A DNA stretch of 27,663 bases, taken from the NCBI GenBank assembly GCA_964347045.1, contig CAYFXC010000026.1, positions 1 to 27,663 on the forward strand, given 5' to 3'. Positions 18,894 to 27,056 of this stretch are shown in pieces. The position numbers and the translations under genes are program-made. The stretch comes from an uncultured archaeon. GTDB lineage: Archaea > Asgardarchaeota > Hermodarchaeia > Hermodarchaeales > Hermodarchaeaceae. The notes under the pieces were generated by a model that searched no databases, was not told the DNA's origin, and saw only the letters and a list, made by a program, of their open reading frames with translations. The first letter of the stretch is position 1. Every line of letters begins with the position of its first letter.

Positions 18894-20288
18894 TTACCAT
18901 TCGGAAGGTGGTTCTTCCATGAAACGATCTTTACCTGATGCTTCCCAGTCGGCTTGGGCGTCTTCAATTGTATCACGGTAGGCCTTTGGTAATCGGCTGG
19001 GTAGTGTAAAACTGCTTTCTTCGTCGAGTGCGTACGAAAACATGAACGTTCGGTACGCGGTATTCAGTGGTCGGAATATGAAATAACTGGGTACGGAGGC
19101 AAAAATGCTGAAGAAGATGGCGAAGATGATACCGGCAATTAGTGCGAGGAAGAGATTTGCTAGGAGAATGATGGCGATTATATATCCGAAGAGAAACCCG
19201 ACGGCGAAGAAGCCTAGGCTAAGGAGCCCACCAAAGAAGCTGAACACGGTCGAAACACCGGTTTCGGCTATGTAGACGTCGACTAGGTATTGCCAAGTGA
19301 CACTGACGGACCGCTTGATTGAATCAATCAGTCGCTGTTTTTCAATTATAATGGCGGGAAGAGTGAAGTAGTTGATGAAACGAAAGATGGCCCCGATGAT
19401 TCGGGCGAAAATTCCACCGATTAAAGCCCATATTCCGCCCTGTCGAGCGCTTCCTTGGCGAATGGCACTCTGACCGACTGCCACTGCCGTGCGTAGAGCG
19501 GCGAATTGAATAATCGTTCCTAATACTTGTCGGACTTCTCGGACCCCACCACGTAGTACTGGATCTTCTTCTCGAAACCAAGTGTGTGCGATGGAGATGT
19601 TAATGCCTTCAAAGATATAGAAGGCTGAGAAGTAAATGAAAAGATATGGGATTTGGATTAGGATGCTTAGGATGAAGAAAATCCAGGAATCAGATGGAAT
19701 CCCGATTAAGGGTAGCCATGTGTACATGGCGCCATAGGTTGCCATCATGAGAATGCCGGTCAGCAGGCTGAACACCGCAGTAACCAAGGGAATTATGAAC
19801 ATCTCTTTTTCTTCAAGCAGCAGTTGTGCTGTGAATTCAACCAGTTTGCCAGCGCGCTCGATTTTTTGTCGACGTCGGAACCAGACCCATAACTGAATTA
19901 TTCCAATGAAAGGAAAAATCAACCCAAAAATCCCAATGGGTCCTAAGAAGATGAGAAGAACGATTCCAATCGCGATCATAAATACCGCTTGGAGTATCCA
20001 GAGAACGCGTAATGTTCCTGCAGCTGCGCGTTTCATTAATTGTAGAATGATATACGCGAGCCCTAACCCCAAGACAATAAGGATTATGATGAAGGCTAGT
20101 CCAGCCCACCAGAAACCTGCGAGCCATGGGACTGCCAGGTTAATGAAATCGATGATAATCGGTAAAAAGGGAGAAACCAAGAAGAGCAGATTGTAAAAGC
20201 CAAAACTGTACAACAAAATAATTCCTATCGCTAACAGAACGATTGGGCCCACTGGCCCACGATCTGTCACCTCTTCTCTAGGCGTCAT
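18894..20288 (-). CDS. Polytopic membrane protein, DUF6159 / choline-transporter-like resemblance
   Basis: About 10 TM segments, with EEKEMFIIP, DPVLRGG and YFTLPAIIIEKQRLIDSIKRS. Start placed at ATG 20288; the ORF track extends to 20342. Confidence 0.65.
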   Translation of the reverse strand: MTPREEVTDRGPVGPIVLLAIGIILLYSFGFYNLLFLVSPFLPIIIDFINLAVPWLAGFWWAGLAFIIILIVLGLGLAYIILQLMKRAAAGTLRVLWILQAVFMIAIGIVLLIFLGPIGIFGLIFPFIGIIQLWVWFRRRQKIERAGKLVEFTAQLLLEEKEMFIIPLVTAVFSLLTGILMMATYGAMYTWLPLIGIPSDSWIFFILSILIQIPYLFIYFSAFYIFEGINISIAHTWFREEDPVLRGGVREVRQVLGTIIQFAALRTAVAVGQSAIRQGSARQGGIWALIGGIFARIIGAIFRFINYFTLPAIIIEKQRLIDSIKRSVSVTWQYLVDVYIAETGVSTVFSFFGGLLSLGFFAVGFLFGYIIAIILLANLFLALIAGIIFAIFFSIFASVPSYFIFRPLNTAYRTFMFSYALDEESSFTLPSRLPKAYRDTIEDAQADWEASGKDRFMEEPPSEW

Positions 20289-20404
20289 AGCGGCTATTAT
20301 CCCCTTAAAGCAAGAAAAAACCTTTGCTTTCCCTGTCACCAATTTAAACTAGATTCGCCCGCAACTGTAAATTTCGACTAGTCGGGAACAAGTCCAATAA
20401 CAGG

Positions 20405-20527
20405 AAAAGTAGCCGTCCACCCCACTAGATTGTTACAACACCCATGTTTCCAGTAGATTCCACTCAAATTCCTTACCGCACATAAGTCTCCAACTATTTC
20501 CTTTTGAGGTATTTTCGAGGTAATGAA
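20405..20527 (-). repeat. Copy of the 16S-trailer repeat
   Basis: cgtccacccca, caacacc..tgtttcc and an exact tccttaccgcaca are shared with 26900-27035. Confidence 0.85.
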
Positions 20528-20558
20528 CTGTTCAGTGCCGTTCAATTTACTTTAGAAA

Positions 20559-22079
20559 TTAAATCTTCTCCCATACACCCAAGGTTTCACAAATCGCTTT
20601 GCCCGCTAAAAATCCAGAAGCTTGACATGGACCGTAGCCATGCCCTGGTCGTGTCCACTGTCCCGCGAGCCACAAGTTTGTAATAGGCGTCTTCTGATCG
20701 GGTCGAAGAGGGCCGATCTGATCTGGTGTCGCATCATAGCCATACGCTGTACCCCACTCAGTCCAAAGATATCGCTCAAACGTTCGGGGGGTTGAGGTTT
20801 CCACGTGCTCCAGACGTTCTCCCAATCTGAGTCCCATTTTCTTTTGTACAAAGTGTAGAATTTGATCTGTGGTTTGTTGTTTCATTTGTTTATATTGTGG
20901 TGTATTTCGTGTCGGCCAACGGTTGATGGAGTCGAGAAGTGTTACTACCACATTACTTTTTCCGGAAGGGGCAAACCATTGGCTTCCAAGTTTTGTATAA
21001 TTGGTAATTAGAAATCCCGCCGCTTCGGGTTGTCCCTTATTAATGCTGTTCTGCAGGGTGGCTGCTGAAATCTTCCCTGGATACCAAAGCTGTTCATAGT
21101 CTGGTAGGTAGTCACTGAGATCTCCATCAACGCCTAAAAAGAGTGAAGTAAAGCTTATGGTGCCTTTCAATTGAGCTAATTTCTCCCCATACTCCATGAT
21201 ATTCGTGGATGGATTACCTTGAAGCCTCTCCCGAAAGAGTGGACCCGCTGAACCATTCCACACGAAATAACGTGCCCGAACCTGTTCTCCGTCGCTGAGC
21301 ACCACATGCTGTGCTTGATTCTGATCAATGTGCACGCCTTCGACGGGAGTTTTCACCCGAATCTCGGCCCCTGCTTCTGCAAGCCGCTTCGCATAGGCCT
21401 GAGCCAGTGATTGAGACCCTTCATGGAGTTGCCAACCGCCACCTTGAAGGTAGGACCTAAAGCCAATCGCAAAGTTGATAACGCTTTGAGTATCGGGGCC
21501 TTGTCCCAGCCAATTCCACGCGCCACTTACCGCAAGTTTTGCCCCCTCATGCTCCTTAAAGAAATAATCCAGGGCTTCTTGAAGGGTTTTCATCCCCCAG
21601 TCCGTGAGAAATCGAAATGAACCTTTCACGGGTGGGGCATATCCCATCAAACTCATAATTTCTTGCTGGAGCGTCTCGACAAACTCAAACCACGCTCGAA
21701 TATTCGCTTTGGCTTTCGGAAACGCCTCCACCAACGCATTCTCCGCCGCCTCCCAATTTAAAGGCATACGAAAATCTAGCTGATCCCCCCCTGGAACCTT
21801 CTCTACTTGCACTCGATACCAGTCCTTGAGCTGAATGGGTCGAATCAGAGGTAACAGCTCAAAAAACTGCAGAATCTGGCTGTCCTCTGCCCGCCCATTA
21901 ATTGCATGCAGCGACACCTCAAAGTTATACCCTTTCCGCTTAAAACTCGACGCACACCCACCCACTTTGTGATGCTGTTCAAATAGCACCACATCTAATC
22001 CGTGCTTCGCACAGGTCAAAGCCGCCGCCAAACCACCTAGCCCACCACCCACCACGAGAACATCACGAACTGTGCTCAT
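20559..22079 (-). CDS. FAD-dependent oxidoreductase, phytoene dehydrogenase / retinol saturase-like
   Basis: VVGGGLGGL..A, EQHHKVGGC, GSQSLAQA, STPRTFERY...GTAYG, NLWLAGQWTRPGHG. Confidence 0.9.
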   Translation of the reverse strand: MSTVRDVLVVGGGLGGLAAALTCAKHGLDVVLFEQHHKVGGCASSFKRKGYNFEVSLHAINGRAEDSQILQFFELLPLIRPIQLKDWYRVQVEKVPGGDQLDFRMPLNWEAAENALVEAFPKAKANIRAWFEFVETLQQEIMSLMGYAPPVKGSFRFLTDWGMKTLQEALDYFFKEHEGAKLAVSGAWNWLGQGPDTQSVINFAIGFRSYLQGGGWQLHEGSQSLAQAYAKRLAEAGAEIRVKTPVEGVHIDQNQAQHVVLSDGEQVRARYFVWNGSAGPLFRERLQGNPSTNIMEYGEKLAQLKGTISFTSLFLGVDGDLSDYLPDYEQLWYPGKISAATLQNSINKGQPEAAGFLITNYTKLGSQWFAPSGKSNVVVTLLDSINRWPTRNTPQYKQMKQQTTDQILHFVQKKMGLRLGERLEHVETSTPRTFERYLWTEWGTAYGYDATPDQIGPLRPDQKTPITNLWLAGQWTRPGHGYGPCQASGFLAGKAICETLGVWEKI

Positions 22080-22151
22080 TCAATCCACCTTAGCACTCCT
22101 CAACCACATCCCCTTCTATTTATGATTTTATTATCCACAACTCAACCCAAA

Positions 22152-22282
22152 GAAAAAATAGCTGTTCACCACAACTGGCGTATACAACACTAGTTTTTCC
22201 AGCATCATACATCCAGACACCTCACTAGACAAAGAGCCTTGCAAGGTTTCCCTACTAGGTACCTTAGAAGAAATGGGTTTCT
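22152..22282 (-). repeat. Copy of the 16S-trailer repeat
   Basis: A-tract, caacac, tttccagcatcatacatccagac and caaggt...taccttagaagaaatg are collinear with 26900-27035. Confidence 0.85.
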
Positions 22283-22363
22283 GACGCAACATCCTTAACG
22301 AAATTGTATTGCTGCAGTTGCAGGATCCTCGCCGACCTCAGGGCATTTTTAAGCTTCACTTAA

Positions 22364-22711
22364 TTAGCCCGCTTGCTCCACCGCCACTAAGATCCCCGCG
22401 ACGAATATTAACACCCCACCAACAAGATACGACCCAATAGCCGCAATCACACCGAAAATAATGAAGTATAGAGCCGTAGCCTGCCGATCTTGGTCCATCC
22501 TCGGCACACAATAAAACAGAACGATGAACCCAAAAACCACCGCCATAATTGCCAAGGAAAACCACAGAACCGTTTCAGCTGCAATACCATGCTGCCCACC
22601 AAACTCCTCATACATCACAAGACCATTCAATACCCCCGCAAGAATTCCTAAAATGATGGTCACAATTGAACCCGCTTTCGCCAAGATGTTCGCCGTATCA
22701 ATTAATGCCAT
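22364..22711 (-). CDS. Small hypothetical membrane protein (~4 TM)
   Basis: Hydrophobic ORF ending GGVLIFVAGIL. Start placed at ATG 22711; the ORF track gives 22741. Confidence 0.7.
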   Translation of the reverse strand: MALIDTANILAKAGSIVTIILGILAGVLNGLVMYEEFGGQHGIAAETVLWFSLAIMAVVFGFIVLFYCVPRMDQDRQATALYFIIFGVIAAIGSYLVGGVLIFVAGILVAVEQAG

Positions 22712-22831
22712 ACTAAATTCCACCAATTCACTCAAAATCAATAATCACTTTAGATTCAATCAGTCGGTGTAGATAAAACTTCTTCAACTTAAAACAACGC
22801 CTTAAAAAACTGCGAAATAATTAGATGCCAC

Positions 22832-22900
22832 AAAGTAGGTCTCCCCTACCAACACGAGCAAATAATTTTCGATGTAATTACATAATACATATTGGACTGC
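22832..22900 (-). repeat. Possible highly decayed copy of the 16S-trailer repeat
   Basis: aaagtaggtctcccc followed ~46 nt later by cataatacat. The consensus has catcataca at ~45 nt. Confidence 0.3.
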
Positions 22901-22976
22901 AAGTGTAGTCTATTCCTTGGAGGGCGGCACTTCACTGACCCACGCTATTTGAAGTGGATGTATTCGGAGGAAAACC

Positions 22977-23759
22977 TTGATGAACGTAAAAGCTAGAAAG
23001 AAAGAACCCGGACAAGATTCCATGTACCTTGATGGCCGATTTTATGACCTTGTCATACACAGTCAACAAAACACGGATCTGGGTATTGCGTTTTACCTTG
23101 AACACGCGAGGAAGTATGGCGACCCCGTGCTAGATCTCGCCTGCGGCACAGGACGCGTAACAATTCCGTTAGCTGAAGCTGACCTTGATGTGGTCGGTCT
23201 TGACATCTCTGAACCCATGTTAGACCAGGCGCGGGAGAAGGCCAAGCGTAAAGCTATCCCACTTGAATTAATCCAAGGCGATATGACGAATTTCACACTG
23301 AACCGCAAGTTCAACCTCATTATTCTAGCAGGCAATACCATTGCCCACCTCGAAACCGTTGATCGCTTTGAGCGCTGTCTATCCTCGGTCCAACAACATC
23401 TGACTAAGAAAGGCCGCTTCATCTTTGGCGTCTTCAACCCGGACCTAGAATATCTAACACGAGACCCCGCAACGCGATTTCCCGTCACCGAGTTTACCGA
23501 CCCCGATACCAACGAAAAGGTCATTGTCACCGAAACCACAACCTACGATAAGGCCCACCAACAGTATCGAATCCGACGCTATCATCGCATAGGCCAACAC
23601 GAAACCTCTTGGGATTTCACCTTCAAGATATACTTCCCCCAAGAACTTGACGCCCTCCTCAAATACAACGGCTTCATCATCGAAGCCAAATATGGTAACT
23701 ACGACCAAACTTCCTTCACATCTGACTCCCGATTTCAAATTCTTATATGTCACACATAG
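22977..23759 (+). CDS. Class I SAM-dependent methyltransferase
   Basis: VLDLACGTGR, GLDISEPML, GDMTNF, YFPQELDALL. GGAGG SD at 22966. Confidence 0.92.
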   Translation: MMNVKARKKEPGQDSMYLDGRFYDLVIHSQQNTDLGIAFYLEHARKYGDPVLDLACGTGRVTIPLAEADLDVVGLDISEPMLDQAREKAKRKAIPLELIQGDMTNFTLNRKFNLIILAGNTIAHLETVDRFERCLSSVQQHLTKKGRFIFGVFNPDLEYLTRDPATRFPVTEFTDPDTNEKVIVTETTTYDKAHQQYRIRRYHRIGQHETSWDFTFKIYFPQELDALLKYNGFIIEAKYGNYDQTSFTSDSRFQILICHT

Positions 23760-23800
23760 GAGAATCCCACGCATTTTTGCCCATTAACAACACCTATGGC

Positions 23801-23933
23801 AAAAAAGTGATCGTCCACACCAGCGGATCGTACAACACCTGTGTTGCTGACATCATACACCCGCTCTGATACTAGAAATAAGTCTTTCAAGGTATCCCCA
23901 CGGGACACCTCAAAGCAAATGCTTCCTTAAGGA
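23801..23933 (-). repeat. Copy of the 16S-trailer repeat
   Basis: aaaaaagtgatcgtccac, caacacctgtgtt, catcatacaccc, aagtctttcaaggtatcc...gggacacct, aaatg. Confidence 0.9.
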
Positions 23934-24038
23934 ATATCGAACTGGTTTTTGTAATTATGACGTGATAGATAATTTGTCTCAAATTAGCGATAGTTTCTGG
24001 AGCTCATAATTGTAGCAGAATTTGAGAAGATTGAAATA

Positions 24039-24659
24039 TTGACAGGGGCTATATCCTCTTTGAGAGGCTCATTGATGGCTTCAAGTGCCGATTTGATGAT
24101 GGGAGTGGTCAGATTGTATAATCAAATTCGTTCACTAATTGGACTTCAAATAGATCCATCCAACTTTCCTCGATGGATCTTTGACGCCCTTGTTTGGGGA
24201 TGCCTAGTGTTACTCATTGAAGGCCTCCTCATTGGAGTGGTGCTTCTGATTCAAGGACGCCGCATTCGCAGCCAAGCCGAGGACGCCGGCGTTGAAGCCC
24301 CCCTCCCCCAAAGTTCACGGCAGTTTAAGCCCTTTGGCATTGATGAAGCCTATTGGTTCATCGCCGGCATCATTCTTGCCGCCATCGTTTGGGTTACTGC
24401 GCCCCTCATCCGCATCACATTCACCGAGACACAAATCGTTGCCACTGTGTTCTTGATTCTTGCCGGCGTAGCTTGGTTCTCTGCGTTCTACGGGATCATC
24501 TACATTCTCCGCGAATACCCCAAACGACAACGGCTGCTACACGAAGCCATTCACCACAAAGCCATCAAACGCCCATCACCCCCTCAGTGCTCAACCTGCG
24601 GAACTCCATTACAAGAAGATGAACACTTCTGTAGCCAATGCGGAACCAGCACAAAATAA
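24039..24659 (+). CDS. Membrane protein with C-terminal zinc ribbon
   Basis: Three TM segments followed by CSTCG...FCSQCG. The start is uncertain. Confidence 0.75.
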   Translation: MTGAISSLRGSLMASSADLMMGVVRLYNQIRSLIGLQIDPSNFPRWIFDALVWGCLVLLIEGLLIGVVLLIQGRRIRSQAEDAGVEAPLPQSSRQFKPFGIDEAYWFIAGIILAAIVWVTAPLIRITFTETQIVATVFLILAGVAWFSAFYGIIYILREYPKRQRLLHEAIHHKAIKRPSPPQCSTCGTPLQEDEHFCSQCGTSTK

Positions 24660-24716
24660 ACCTAAAGCCCCCTCTTCCTTACCTTACAAAGCCAAGCATA
24701 CTATTCATCTCAACAA

Positions 24717-24830
24717 CAAAACGTGGTCGTCCACCCCGGCAAGGGTACAACACCCGTGTTCCATTGAGACTCCTATCAGTGAGACGCTGTTCGGCAGTAC
24801 CCTCGACAACGGTACGTAGAAATAATAGGA
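24717..24830 (-). repeat. Copy of the 16S-trailer repeat
   Basis: tggtcgtccacccc (14 nt) and caacacccgtgtt (13 nt) are identical to the 16S-adjacent copy. agactcct and a residual gtacc/ggtac stem are also present. Confidence 0.88.
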
Positions 24831-24873
24831 ACCACCAATTTTTACCCACGGTTTCATTGTGGGAGGTGATCCA

Positions 24874-25101
24874 ATGGCAAGAGCATACCGCATTCTCCTC
24901 GCAATCCTCGCCGTCGTAAACCTCGTACTCGTCACCCTGAATGTCGTCATTCCCCTCGTCGCCTTTCCCATCGTAGGCACCCCAACCCCCACTCAAGCCA
25001 TCCTCATCTACATCTACTTGGGTACCTTCACCTGGCCCATACTCACCGGCCTCATTCTCCTCCTCGACATCTTCAAACCCGGCGGCGGCGCCACCGGATG
25101 A
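24874..25101 (+). CDS. Small two-TM hypothetical protein (75 aa)
   Basis: ATG 24874 directly after GGAGGTGATCCA. Two hydrophobic helices. Confidence 0.65.
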   Translation: MARAYRILLAILAVVNLVLVTLNVVIPLVAFPIVGTPTPTQAILIYIYLGTFTWPILTGLILLLDIFKPGGGATG

Positions 25102-25174
25102 TAAGACGGCGGCAGCACCACCAAACAATCACTTGATCGAACAAAGAGAATTGACAAAACCCATTCAAGAATCT

Positions 25175-25298
25175 AAAAAAGTGGTCGTCCCCCGCAACGG
25201 CTCGTCTGCAACACCGGTGTTTCCAGCGCCTACACCTGCTCCCATTGCCTACACCACTCCAAGATGCCCCGGAGGGCACCTTAGAGGAAATGATTTCC
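25175..25298 (-). repeat. Copy of the 16S-trailer repeat
   Basis: aaaaaagtggtcgtcc, caacaccggtgtttcc, tccaag...acctt, aaatgatttc. Confidence 0.9.
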
Positions 25299-25387
25299 AG
25301 ATATCTCGATAGGACCTTTGAGATACCGGTAATAATTAAAATCTTGAGCAGTGAAGAGGATGAAAATCAATACTTGGAGGCATTCCA

Positions 25388-26053
25388 TTGATTCTCGAAA
25401 TGACATTAGCGGGGTTTCTCTTTCTGTTCATTTTGGCTCTAAACCTTGTAATGAGCGCTTTGGGCTATAAAATCGAACTAGGTGACGTTGACACCGACGC
25501 GATGCTGCAAACGGTTAACACCCATCCAACGCGATTCAAAACGAGTATCGTGTTCGCGCTGATCGAACATGTGAGCATCATTGTCCTGGCGGTCCTGCTG
25601 TTTCGTGTATTTGGTCCCTATAGCCTACTACTGGGCATTGTATGGACCACCTTTCGAATCGGCGAAGGCCTGATCCAAAGCTATAACGAAATCAACTACT
25701 GGGATCTTCTCAACATCGCCAAACAATACTCCGCTACGAGTGATGCAGAACAAACCGCGCTCAGTGCTTCAGCTCAGACTCTTCTTCAAACCAAACACAC
25801 CCGATTCACCATCGCCATGGTCTTCTGGTCTATCGGCACCCTCGCTTACTCCATTCTCTTTATCATCTACGGACTGGTCCCACCACTCATTGGCTGGTTA
25901 GGCATCTTTGCCAGCCTCACCTCAGGCATCGGTAACGGCATAAGACTCATCAAACCCAACTTCCAACTCCTATCCGCCATAGGAGGCCTCTCAGCCATTC
26001 TCTTCGAAATCCTCATCGGCGGATGGCTCATCTACTATTCCCTCATTATCTAG
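25388..26053 (+). CDS. DUF4386-like membrane protein
   Basis: Hydrophobic 221 aa with LAVLLFRVF, FRIGEG, LVPPLIGWLG, FEILIGGWLI. GGAGG SD. Confidence 0.8.
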   Translation: MILEMTLAGFLFLFILALNLVMSALGYKIELGDVDTDAMLQTVNTHPTRFKTSIVFALIEHVSIIVLAVLLFRVFGPYSLLLGIVWTTFRIGEGLIQSYNEINYWDLLNIAKQYSATSDAEQTALSASAQTLLQTKHTRFTIAMVFWSIGTLAYSILFIIYGLVPPLIGWLGIFASLTSGIGNGIRLIKPNFQLLSAIGGLSAILFEILIGGWLIYYSLII

Positions 26054-26209
26054 CGAACATCGCAGAAATGATTGAGACGAAGAAGAGAAGGAGAAGAAGA
26101 CATGGCATTGTAACAAATACCCACCATCACTTCGCTAATCCATGATACCCTAACAAACGCCAACGAGCATATCCACTCCGAAGACAGCTTAAAGACTGTA
26201 GACACGACC

Positions 26210-26464
26210 TTAGGTCCGGCGCTTTACGTCCCGGTCATACTTTTCCCAGTGGTCTTTGTAGTCGGGCTTTTCCTTTGCTAACTCCTCTAACACACGCATC
26301 CGAATCACTAAGCTCTCTAAAGATTCAGCAGGATCTGCTTCAATATCGCTAGCGATTCGCCGTGAAAGGTCGATGGGTGCTCCAGCCTTCAGGCACGAAA
26401 CAACTATCTTTTCTTTGGTGAACGGCTCGGTCTCCCCAGACCGCTTCACCACACTCTTAACCAT
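26210..26464 (-). CDS. Stand-alone ATP-cone domain protein
   Basis: MVKSVVKRSGETEPFTKEKIVVSCLKAGA...IRMRVLEEL...WEKY. ATG 26464 with AGGTGG upstream. Confidence 0.88.
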   Translation of the reverse strand: MVKSVVKRSGETEPFTKEKIVVSCLKAGAPIDLSRRIASDIEADPAESLESLVIRMRVLEELAKEKPDYKDHWEKYDRDVKRRT

Positions 26465-26583
26465 AGTCCCACCTGATAATACTACTTTACACCGTGCTTT
26501 TTCCCTCTTTCCATCAAAAAAGGTCAAATCACCGCATCAAAAGAAATACCGGTTAGGAAGCGCACTATACACACTTCTTCAGA

Positions 26584-26718
26584 CTACCTAAGAAACCCGC
26601 CACACATCGGGCACCGATCATCGTTCACTACTCCACACTCACGACAAACGTAAATCCCACACCCCAAACAGACCACATCAGTACGCTTATGCTGACAGAC
26701 CGAACACAACTCCATCAT
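26584..26718 (-). CDS. 44-aa protein with four CxxC motifs (RING/C4C4-like zinc finger), absent from the ORF track
   Basis: MMELCSVCQHKRTDVVCLGCGIYVCRECGVVNDDRCPMCGGFLR*, with GGTGGAG upstream. Confidence 0.8.
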   Translation of the reverse strand: MMELCSVCQHKRTDVVCLGCGIYVCRECGVVNDDRCPMCGGFLR

Positions 26719-26899
26719 CAATCTCCACCCATAAACCGGAACCACCAAATACTGTAAACAAAAGCCTGGATAAAAACATCTTGATTAGCGATAACCACTC
26801 AAACCCGGACTCCATATCATCCCAAAAAGGCTTCCCTAAACCCATTTACCAAACCCCAAGCACTAAAACAATGGTACCAAAAATTGGAACACGAAATAA

Positions 26900-27035
26900 G
26901 AAAAAGAAAAATGGTCGTCCACCCCAAAAGCATGGGTCAACACCCGTGTTTCCGGCATCATACACCCAGACTCCTTACCGCACAAAGTCTTCCAAGGTAT
27001 CCACAGCGGGATACCTTCGAAGAAAATGATTTCTT
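26900..27035 (-). repeat. 16S rRNA 3' trailer (hairpins plus terminal U-tract); reference copy of the dispersed repeat
   Basis: Abuts the 16S 3' end. The minus strand forms AAGAAA/UUUCUU, AAGGUAUCC/GGAUACCUU and AGACUUU/GGAGUCU stems and ends in UUUUUCUUUUUC. Confidence 0.85.
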
Positions 27036-27056
27036 AGGAGGTGATCCAGCCGCAGG

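Noticed and set aside
453-22079. Photosynthetic pigment pathway (BchE-like, BchM-like and CrtI-like genes)
   Set aside because: The genes are dispersed, belong to broad superfamilies common in non-phototrophs, and no other bch or crt genes are present.
24619-25279. Several overlapping short ORFs around the 24717 and 25175 repeats
   Set aside because: They run through repeat copies or lie antisense to the SD-supported 75-aa gene, and have no protein-like features.
13803-27035. Repeats as canonical integron attC sites or as a CRISPR array
   Set aside because: There are no conserved paired RYYYAAC/GTTRRRY ends and no full-length inverted symmetry. Cargo genes face both ways, no integrase or cas gene is present, and the repeat and spacer lengths are far from CRISPR.
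26900-27035. Trailer as 5S rRNA, tRNA or C/D-box RNA (CAACACCCG and AUGAUG motifs)
   Set aside because: It lacks the 5S CCGAAC loop and terminal helix, has no cloverleaf or TTCRA, and has no complete C/D box pair.
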